Source of the DNA: a virus
Lineage: Duplodnaviria > Caudoviricetes
DNA: 29,008 nucleotides
IMG/VR virus record: IMGVR_UViG_3300050161_000053
Coordinates: 1-29,008 of that record
Direction: 5' to 3' (one strand)
Below the pieces are notes generated by a model. The model was given only the letters and a program-made list of their open reading frames with translations, ran no database searches and was not told the origin of the DNA. Of the stretch, positions 8,890 to 17,500 are shown piece after piece. Positions within the stretch are counted from its first letter, which is position 1; the number at the start of each line of letters is the position of its first letter. The position numbers were made by a program, and so were the translations under genes.

Positions 8890-9477
8890 TTACCCGGCCT
8901 TCTCGATCCAGAACTCCGTACCGTCGATACCCCCAGACAGCACGCCGAGCCCCCCTGCGGACGATTGTACCTCCATAACAAAATAATCGCCTGCGCTGAC
9001 AGCTACCGGACCACTAAAAAACTGCATGAACCAGAGACCTGACGCTCCACCGGCCCATGTATTGTTGGCAAAAGTCTGTAGTAGTGTGTCCGAGCTGTCG
9101 TAGTGGCGGAGCCACACCACGTTGTAGCTGTCACTGATCGCTGAGGGTCGGTACGCGTTGCCTCCCACGCGGACAAAGGCGGTACCCGCCGGCACAGTCA
9201 AGCGCGCCGGGTTCGTAATCCCCTCATGCCAACCGCCCACATCGAATTGCTCCAGGTCGAACTCCACAAGCAACGCTACGTCCGCTGTGGTCTGTGTGAG
9301 CGGAAGCCCGCGGTAGACCCGCGCACCACTAAATACCAACGTAGCCACCGCGTCCGCCATCTGCGCAACGGTTGTTTTATATAGGTCCGTACCCGCACCT
9401 GTGGTGATCGGCATAACACTTGTGCCGACAACACCACCCGCAGCGGAGATATTAAAAGCTGCTACAAGTTCGGTCAT
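8890..9477 (-). CDS. Putative fibre tip / receptor-binding protein (195 aa), C1q/TNF-like domain
   Basis: AAGGG RBS; FSGARVYR..FDLEQFD..TNPARLTVP..GDYFVMEV; paralogous to the C-terminus of the 325-aa protein. Confidence 0.8.
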   Translation of the reverse strand: MTELVAAFNISAAGGVVGTSVMPITTGAGTDLYKTTVAQMADAVATLVFSGARVYRGLPLTQTTADVALLVEFDLEQFDVGGWHEGITNPARLTVPAGTAFVRVGGNAYRPSAISDSYNVVWLRHYDSSDTLLQTFANNTWAGGASGLWFMQFFSGPVAVSAGDYFVMEVQSSAGGLGVLSGGIDGTEFWIEKAG

Positions 9478-9497
9478 CTATTACACCCTTCATATTG

Positions 9498-9773
9498 TCA
9501 TTTGTCGCGGATGCGTAGCCTGACGGTCTCGTCGTACTCCCGCCCGAAAGTTGTGACTATGTGATTACGCACTTCACACATGTCGCCGGCCACCCCCCCG
9601 GACAACCAGACCGTAGCTATACCCTGCGATGTGAACCCTGCGCTGTCAATTACCACACTGCCGGTCGTTGTGAACGTAGAGATGAGCACGGTCTCGACAC
9701 CTTCGAGACGCGCACTCCAATCTACCTGGTAGTCCAGCACTTCGTCCGGGTCTTTGTTCGGCCAAAAGTTCAT
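9498..9773 (-). CDS. Phage fibre adaptor-like protein (91 aa, KDPDEVLDY family)
   Basis: AAGGG RBS before ATG at 9773; motifs KDPDEVLDYQVDW, TVWLSGG and TTFGR are common in small phage adaptor proteins. Confidence 0.8.
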   Translation of the reverse strand: MNFWPNKDPDEVLDYQVDWSARLEGVETVLISTFTTTGSVVIDSAGFTSQGIATVWLSGGVAGDMCEVRNHIVTTFGREYDETVRLRIRDK

Positions 9774-9808
9774 TTCGCAGCCCTTGCAGCATGGGTGCCA
9801 CACCTGAG

Positions 9809-10642
9809 TCAGGTGTTGTAGATTGTTCGGCTGTTGTTGTCAGCATAAATGATCCTTGCGTCGCCTTGTGGCAGTGCGACGCTGCGCGGCTCGGCAGGTA
9901 TCGCGACCAGCCGCGAGTCGCTTGATAGCGTAATTCGTCGATCGCCTGCGTCGTTCGGTCCGCCATGTGCAGCCTGCGCTGCGAGCGTCCCGGCGCCGGA
10001 GCTGGAAAGTGTCGTCGCTGCTGTTACGCCGGTCGCGGCTGCTAGGTTACTTTGCGCTTGCGCGATAATCGCTGCTACCACCGTAGCCGCCCCGACTGCA
10101 TCACCAGCAGCGACTGCCACACTCGTCAGCGTCCCGGTTGTAACTGCAGTGCTCAGCAGTGTAGCAACGCCGCTTCCCCCAGCGGCAAGTGACGTGGCTG
10201 CGACCGCAGTACCTGCACCGAGCACATCGCTTGAAGCTGTGGCGGTGGCGGCACTCGCTGTGGTCACAGCGCCTATTGCGGTTGCAGCCCCTACCCCCGA
10301 AGCGTCGATCGCACCTGCCGCAGTCGACGCAGTCACACCGACCACAACGCTCGTCGCTGTGGATGTGAGAACAGCCGCCCGGATTATTTCCGCAGGTGTG
10401 TCGAAAGTGGCAGTTCCTGCCCCGGTGACGCTAAGTGCACCTGCTGTAGTCGCTGCGCCTGCTGCTGTGGCAGTTCCTGCCCCGGTGGCGCTAAGTGCAC
10501 CTGCTGTAGTCGCTGCGCCTGCTGCTGTGGCAGTTCCTGCCCCGGTGACGCTAAGTGCACCTGCTGTAGTCGCTGCACCGAAGTCAACGACCTCGGTGTC
10601 AACTAGGACAGTGTCCCCATCGATGATGAGTATGTCAGCCAC
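9809..10642 (-). CDS. Ala/Thr/Gly-rich fibre protein (277 aa) built from about ten 20-aa repeats
   Basis: GTG start after GAGAAGG; N-terminus paralogous to that of the 325-aa gene; clear 20-aa periodicity. Confidence 0.8.
   Translation of the reverse strand: MADILIIDGDTVLVDTEVVDFGAATTAGALSVTGAGTATAAGAATTAGALSATGAGTATAAGAATTAGALSVTGAGTATFDTPAEIIRAAVLTSTATSVVVGVTASTAAGAIDASGVGAATAIGAVTTASAATATASSDVLGAGTAVAATSLAAGGSGVATLLSTAVTTGTLTSVAVAAGDAVGAATVVAAIIAQAQSNLAAATGVTAATTLSSSGAGTLAAQAAHGGPNDAGDRRITLSSDSRLVAIPAEPRSVALPQGDARIIYADNNSRTIYNT
10407..10576. repeat. 60-bp tandem repeat, about 2.8 copies
   Basis: Copies start at 10407, 10467 and 10527 and differ at one base (10428 a, 10488 g, 10548 a); encodes AATTAGALS(V/A)TGAGTATAAG. 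Confidence 0.97.
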
Positions 10643-10645
10643 CGC

Positions 10646-10678
10646 TTAGTTGACCTTCTCAATCCGGAGTGGGGGCTC
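10646..10678 (-). pseudogene. Remnant 3' end (..RIEKVN*) of a deleted paralogue of the 195-aa tip gene
   Basis: cggattgagaaggtcaactaagcgGTG aligns without gaps to tggatcgagaaggccgggtaagcaATG (8910-8884); no start codon is present. Confidence 0.55.
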
Positions 10679-11140
10679 CTATGTGATTACACGCCCAAAT
10701 AACGCGCGCAGTGTACTCTCTCTCGCAGCGTTCATCTGCGCTCTGATGAGTGTCGGGTCAGTACGCTTCTCCGCGTAAGCGTCCTCCACGGCAGCAACCA
10801 TTGCGTTTCGCACCTCAAGCATCGCTGGTTGCATGTAGGGGCTCGACGCTTTGACGAAGATGCCAACAGCTTCGATAACTGTTGGGTATAGCCGCTCTGC
10901 ACGTGGCTTCAGGCTGTCTGGAAGTTGGCTTGGCAAAGCTCGCTCCACCAACCACCGATGCGAGTAGGCTCTTGCTCTGAACGATACACTGCTCGCCTGT
11001 GTTCGCGCGGCGTGCATCGCGATCTCCGCCTGCCTGTATGTGGCTGGCTGCGGCATCCCCGCCGCAGCTTGCGCCCACGCAGCTTGCAACCCTGTGACAT
11101 CGCCTGCCTCTAGCAACGCTCGGAACGCGCCACCGCTCAC
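10679..11140 (-). CDS. Hypothetical protein (153 aa, predicted helical)
   Basis: GTG just after the upstream TAGTAG; fills the gap in the operon. Confidence 0.75.
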   Translation of the reverse strand: MSGGAFRALLEAGDVTGLQAAWAQAAAGMPQPATYRQAEIAMHAARTQASSVSFRARAYSHRWLVERALPSQLPDSLKPRAERLYPTVIEAVGIFVKASSPYMQPAMLEVRNAMVAAVEDAYAEKRTDPTLIRAQMNAARESTLRALFGRVIT

Positions 11141-11144
11141 GCTA

Positions 11145-11573
11145 CTAATCCAGTGTGAGCGTCGTTGCGGTCGTCAGTCGAGGTGTTATACCGTTGCCGG
11201 TCACGATGTTCGGGGTCAGAACCCCGCTCAAAAGGATGGCTGCCGCACCGCCGCCGGTTTTGCCCACAGCTGCGTGGGTGACTGTCCCTGCACCGCCGGT
11301 ACCCGCCGCGAAATCCACGTTAGCGGCAGGGGATACGCTGTTGCCCGTGACAACCCACCCACCTGAGTTCCGGTTCACCGCCGCGCGTGCGTAACTTGTG
11401 TAAGCCGCCTCGCTGGTCGACATTGTGCCAGAGTCCCCGGGGTCGGCAGTGTGGAGTGACACAGAGATCTGAGTTTGCGGCGATGTTGCCGCGTTGTCGG
11501 CGTAATTCGCCCACGCTGTCGCGTTGAAAATCAACGACATGATCGCTGTTTCGGTGGTATCGGAAAAAGACAT
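11145..11573 (-). CDS. Small beta-rich phage fibre subunit (142 aa; LHTADPG / SYARAAV family)
   Basis: AGGAGG RBS; motifs VSLHTADPG, SYARAAV, VDF and TVTHAAVG are typical of a widespread small fibre-protein family. Confidence 0.85.
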   Translation of the reverse strand: MSFSDTTETAIMSLIFNATAWANYADNAATSPQTQISVSLHTADPGDSGTMSTSEAAYTSYARAAVNRNSGGWVVTGNSVSPAANVDFAAGTGGAGTVTHAAVGKTGGGAAAILLSGVLTPNIVTGNGITPRLTTATTLTLD

Positions 11574-11585
11574 GGGTAAAGCCTC

Positions 11586-14500
11586 CTACTGCGCGTAGTT
11601 GATGTTAGCGTATCGGGTCATGTTCTGACCAGCAATATCTTGTGTTGAGACCCCCAGCGGGGTGCCAAGCGCCTGGGATCGGGTCTGTGCCTGCACTCGC
11701 CGCATCAACGCGCCAGAGAGGCTCGGGACCACCGCGAACGATGGGTTGTCCTGATCGAACGCCTGCGCGTCACTGATCAACTCGGCTGCCCGCTCCCGGT
11801 CCCCAATCACCAACGCCTGGACGATCCGCTTGCGCAGCGTTTCGGCGCGGCGGCTGATCTCGCCGCGGCGGGTTTGCTGGTCGGTGCGTGCTTCGCTGTA
11901 ATCAGCCTTCTCATCCGGCGTAAAGCCAAATAACTGCCACAGGATGGAGTGCGCGTCCTTGGAGATAGGCATCCGGTTTCCTTTTGTGTCAACGTACCCT
12001 TCGGTCGTCAAGCGCCAAGCTTCCGCAGGCCCTTTCAGCGCTGCTGGAGCCGCTTGGATCAACCCGCCCATAACGTCTCCATCGGCGATCCGCGAACCTC
12101 CGGCGATGATGTTCCCAACCATCCGGAAGCCCGCACCCGCATGGTCACTGAGCGCACTGTCCCACGCCTCTTTCCACGGGCGGCGGTCGGTCAGGAACTT
12201 GGTGAACGGTAAGATGTCCGCCTCCCCGACACGCTGCGAGACATCAGCACCCACAGCGCGTGGTAGCCCCCGCGCTATTACCTCGGCCATCTCTGTCCCT
12301 AGGGTATCTGCGAGGAAACCGCGCCACGCTGCTGTCGCGTCGTAAGGCTCATCGTCGTCCCCAAGTTTGTCAACCAGCCGCTCGATGGCGGCAGCCGCGA
12401 CTGTGGCAAACGGCAGCCCTAAGGTCCCCGCCAGCGCCGCGGTCGCGGTGAGGTGCCCGAGCAGGAACCTCTGCGCACCCTTACGCCGCGTCGCTGTGTC
12501 TGCGGCTGTCTCGCCGGTTCGGGGCTGCCCGAACGCGTCTCGGAACTCTGCGGACAACTTCTCCAGCATTTGCACACTGAAGGACGAGAACTGCGCCACC
12601 ATCGGTGTGAGCGGCCCGAGAACGCCGCGCTTCCCGAGCGCGCGGGCCGTGTTCTCGCTGCCATAAGCCAGCATCGACTCGTTGATGATGTGCGTCGCAT
12701 ACCCAACCAGGTCAGCGTTGGAGCCGTGAAGCTGCCGCGCTGCCAACGCCATCGTCAGCCGGTTAAACGTCTCTGTGTAGGCCCCGATCGCCGAGGCATA
12801 CCGCAGTGTGGTATCCAACGCGGTGTCACGGGCACCTTTTGCCGCTTGTGTGATCTCCTGCGCCACCGACCCGATGTCGATCGTCCCTGTCGCGGTCATA
12901 CGCAGCAAAAACTTCCGGTCGGCCTCTGACAACCCGGCGTCCCGCAGCACAGCGTCAGTAATCGCGACATCCGCGAGATGCTTCGCCCCGCGTGTCGCCG
13001 CCTCACGTCGAACTGCACCGAGGACCTTAAAGGCACCGGCTGCGCCCTGCCGCACCGCGTGAAATGACCGTGCAAACCCGTGAACCTTGGCCAGCTCAGG
13101 TATTCCGGTAGTGCCAAGCTGCATGATGTTGATCACCCCATAGGAAGGTGACATGCCGAGATAGTACGCCTGGCTTGCAGCCCGCAACTTGTCGAGGACA
13201 TTTGGACCTTCAAACACCGGGTCTTGAGCATCCCGCACACGCAGCTCGCGAAGCACCTGAGACAACTCTGTGGCTGTGGTTACATCCGCAGTGCTCCGTG
13301 CTTGCGATTGCATGTCCACATACGCCTGCCGGAATTTGGGAGCCGCCGCTTGACTAGCGAGGCTGGCTGCCCCGACGTCCCAGCGGTACGCCCAGCTTCG
13401 AGCCATATCCGTCGCGTACCCGGAAACAGTGGACCGCCGCGCCAATACCCGGCTGATCGAGTTCTGTGGCTGCTGCTCCAACCAGACGTCTGCCACCATC
13501 CGGAGCACCTCATCGCGGCGCGTCTGCACCTCCGCAACCTGCTTCGCGTCCAACCCGTCAACCGCGTATTGGGGGTTCGACTGAATCGACTCCATCACAC
13601 GCTGCAAGTGCTCCGGAAGCGACCCGGCAAAACCGTAGTTATTTGCCTGCTCCTGGGGTCCTACCTGCACGCTGTCCGCGTCTAGCCACCCCTGCTTCGC
13701 AAGATCGCTCAGCTGCTGCTGCAGAACCTGCGCCTGACCGAGTTTTTCGACTCGCAGGACCAGCTTCGGGTTCGCGTTGTCCGCACTAATCTGCACCCCT
13801 GAGAATCCCGCTGTCTCCAGCACTTCGGCTATGTGCCTCAGCGCTGCAGGGTCCGCTTGCCCATCAACAGTCCGAACTGTTGCGGAGCCGAAGTAGTTAC
13901 CGAACCTTCCAAGGTGGAAATACGGCGCCTTCTGCATTCCAGCAATCGCCTCGTGAATAGCGCGCACCTGTAACTCAATCGGTGTGAGATGTTCGCGCAT
14001 CGCCTTGACGTCGTGCGCCGTGCCGCGGGCGGCCTCACCTTTCTTCTCATTTACGAACGCGGTGGTAGCTGCAATTTGCTTGTGCAGCAGATCGCTCCAC
14101 CGATCTCGAATCGCTGCTGGTGCCCCAGCAACATCCTCCCGCATGAACTGATCTACCGGGTTGATGTCGGCGTCCGCCACACCCAACGCTAGTTCCGGGT
14201 CCATCGCCACCAGCCCGTGCAGGCTCGCAGCCATACGGGCGTAGTTCTGGGCCTCATTAAGCGCTCGGAACTCGTTAAACACCTGCATCGCGGTGCCGTC
14301 CCCGCGGCGCATCTTGTTCGCTAGGTCGACCGCCTGCACGTGCAGCTGGCGCAGCTTCGGGGCGTTCTTGTCGTCGCGCAGGTGCTCGTGCTCATCCCAC
14401 GTTTTCGACGGGTCCAGCTGGAACTCGGTCGAAAGCGCCATCAGTTCGTTTACCCACCCAGATGCCTTGACGTTGGTCGTCTTCAGCTGCTCGTATTTTT

Positions 14501-17500
14501 GGTACGCTTCCGCCCCAATATGCTGGATGCGCGCGAGGACGGCTTTTCGCTCCTGGGCAGCCGCCCAGTGTTTCAACACCCCTGGCATCTTGTCTTTATA
14601 CAGCCTGTTGAGCTGCATGTGGCTTTTCCACCGCAGTGCCTCTTGTCGGGACTTCACACCTGTTTCCGCAGCATCCACCCCTAGCCGATCGGCCAGACCA
14701 CTCACGACGCGCGCCGCCGCCTGTGTGGCGGTGTTCGCGGCCTCCACAGTGCGGTTGCGAGCGCTCGCCGCGTTGTCCGAGAGCGCTGCAATCTGATCGC
14801 GCATATCACCTTGAGTAGGCTCGTTGCGTCCCAGCAGGTTGCGCAGCTCTGCGCGGGGTGTGCCGAAGACCTTCTCTGACACCCTGAGAACCTCCGCTAG
14901 CGCACTATCATACCGTGGCTCGATACCGAGCATCGTCCGGACTGCAGCCACGAGGCGGCTGAATACCGACTGCTTGGGTGTGTACTGGATCGAGTTCATG
15001 TAGCGCTGCATCTCTGGATTGGTCAGCGTCCACGCCAGCAGCTCGTCGATGTCGTGCAGCGCGTTGTTGTCCCGCTCGATGAGCCGCACCTCGAAGTCGT
15101 TGAGCAGCTTCCCGCTGTTCTGGCGAGCGTCGAGATGTGCTTGAACTTCTCGCAGGATGTCATCCAGCGCGGCAGTCGCCTTACCGATTCCGGTCTTGCC
15201 GTATTGCTCCGGGTTCCGCCCATAGGCGGTCAGCAACATGGTCACGCTGTGAACCATCTCATGGGCTGCTGTTTGGTAGTTCAGCGCACTCTCAGCCCCA
15301 TGCTCGCTGTTCTTTACGTAGACCGAGGCCGCCGGTTTCGGGTGGAATTGCAGATGTGTTACGGCCTTGGCACCGGGATCATCTGCCTCGCGAGGTACGT
15401 TCAGGTCGTTCGGACTGACCACCCGGAAATTGAACACCATGCCTTGGCGTTCAAGCATCTGCCCCAGCTGCCGGACCTTGACCATCAGCTCGCGATAGAA
15501 GGGGCTCGGTGCGTTCTCGGTCATGTATGTAGCTACATCCAGGAACGACTTGCCCGTGACCGCCTGCTCGAACGCAAGATCGCTGGTGCCTACCGATGTG
15601 TTGTGGGTGTCTGCAACCTTGGCCGACTTACCGCGATTTCGCGGCTTAGCGTCAGCGTTGAAGTCCTTCATCAGCCGTGCGACCTGATCGACCTTGCCCT
15701 GATCCAGCAGCGCGTTGAGCTTGTCGGCCCGTGCCTGTGTGATGGTCTTCCCATCGAAAGCCCCGCGGACCAGGCTGCGCTGGTCATAGGCGCGCACCGC
15801 GGCCTCCGTCTGAGCGCGTTGTTCGGCCTTCTGCGGCGTGTTCTCCGCCGGATTGTGCATTTCCTTGAACACCGGCTGGCCACGGCCTCCCGTGTCCGGG
15901 CGCGGCTGCGGGCGCGGCGGGATCATGCGAATCGACTCGCCACCCTGCAGCTTCTGGATGGCTTGGCCGACCTGCTCACGCGTCGCGCCCTGCGCGATCA
16001 TCCGCCGCAGCGCGACCTGCTCCTGATCCGAGACGTTCGACAGATCGACCGTGTTGACCAACTCGTTAAGCGCCTTGCGCTGCACCTGCCCGGGAGTGAC
16101 CTCACGGCTGGCCGCGACCGTGCGTCGTTTGTCCGCCGCGCCGGGGTTCCGGGCGAGGATGCGTGACTGGATCGCGTTGGTCTGCGCGGCGGTCTTGGTT
16201 CCGTCACCGTTCTGGACGAAGTTACGTGCCCATACCTGCCCAGCCTGGTGCGCTGCCATGTCGTCAAAGCTATCGAAGCTGGTCTCGGCAGCCTGCCCCC
16301 CTGTGACGGCCCGTACACCGCGCTCGAAGATGGTTGCTTGTTTACCTGTGAATCCCTGCTCCTGCGCGGCGTCAACTGTGGCTGTGAGGCCTTCGGACGT
16401 GCCGAGAAACACCTGCCGCCCCTTGGGAGTCACATCGCGAGCATCGTCATCTGTGATTAACCCGAGCTTCTGCGCCAGCTTCTCGGTCTGCGATACTGCT
16501 GCGCCGGAGTTGTCGACCGCGAGCGCGCGGAACACGTCCGCCGGGGTCTTCAGCTCGTTGATGCTGTTCGCCTTGGACACCCGCTCGACGCCGGCCGCCT
16601 TGCGCGCGGCGGTCATTTCCGCCTCAACTTCCGGAGAGAAGGTCTCGGGCGCACTTTGCACCCGTGCGGCCGGGGCTGCGGGCGCGGGAGGAGGTGTTAC
16701 CCCGACGGCCCCGGCCGTCGAAGATGCCTCGACTGGCGCCGTTCCAGCAGGTGGGGCGGCACGTTCTGCTTGTACAGCTGCCCGCTCCTCCGCTGACAAA
16801 GCTGCTGGCAGACCCTGCGCCATACGATCTTCCTGGCGCAGGAATACGCTCTCGGTGACCGTCGGCGTCTCCCCTTGTGCAATCTTCTCACGCGCGGCGG
16901 CTGCCTTGCGGCTCCGCAGTTCCGTCACGGTGTTGCCGAGGTCTTCCGCCGCCTGGATCGTCCGCTCTCCGACACGCGTCGCGTCGAGCGTCTGCTGGGC
17001 CAAGGGAGCGGTCGGGTTTGCATCAAATACCGCTTGCGCTGTTGTCGGTGCTGCTCCCACCGCATTTTCCGGCGCACCGGCAGCCGCCTGTGCCGCAGGC
17101 ACTGTGGCGCCGCGCTGCTCCTCGATGTATTGCGCCAGCTGAGTGGGTTGGAGCTTCTCGTCGAGGATGCCCAAACGCTGTGCAAACTTGGCGGTGTTGG
17201 CGCGCATGTCCTGCTCGGTGAAGACCTGATCATAGACCTTGTTGAGCAGTTCCATCTCGTCGGCGGCCTCCACCGTCTGCACGAAGCCGCCGCGCAGGCC
17301 TTTCTTCTGCTCGGTCAGGAAGTCGCTGAACAGGATTTCCGCGCCTGTATCAGGATCGACCCGCGCAGCAGGCAGCTGGACAGTCCCACCCTGCGTGGGG
17401 TCACGCAGCACGAGCGGAGCGCCAATCGTAGGCTGCTCGGGCGCCATCGCCGCGATGCGCGCCTGCACATCCTCCAGCGTCGGTGCCACAGCTGACGGCT

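Noticed and set aside
10407-10576. 60-bp repeats as a CRISPR array
   Set aside because: The units are contiguous with no unique spacers, lie in frame within a coding gene, and no cas genes are present.
7909-10666. Diversity-generating retroelement or shufflon acting on the fibre tips
   Set aside because: No reverse transcriptase or recombinase in the window, no near-identical template/variable repeat pair with adenine-specific differences, and no inverted cassettes.
10643-11588. TAG recoding or read-through (the TAG at 11586 is in frame with the next gene; the TAG at 10679 is followed by an open in-frame tail)
   Set aside because: Both TAGs are part of TAGGAG Shine-Dalgarno overlaps, TAGTAG ends the 142-aa gene, and conserved genes are not interrupted by TAG. 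A deletion scar explains the tail better.
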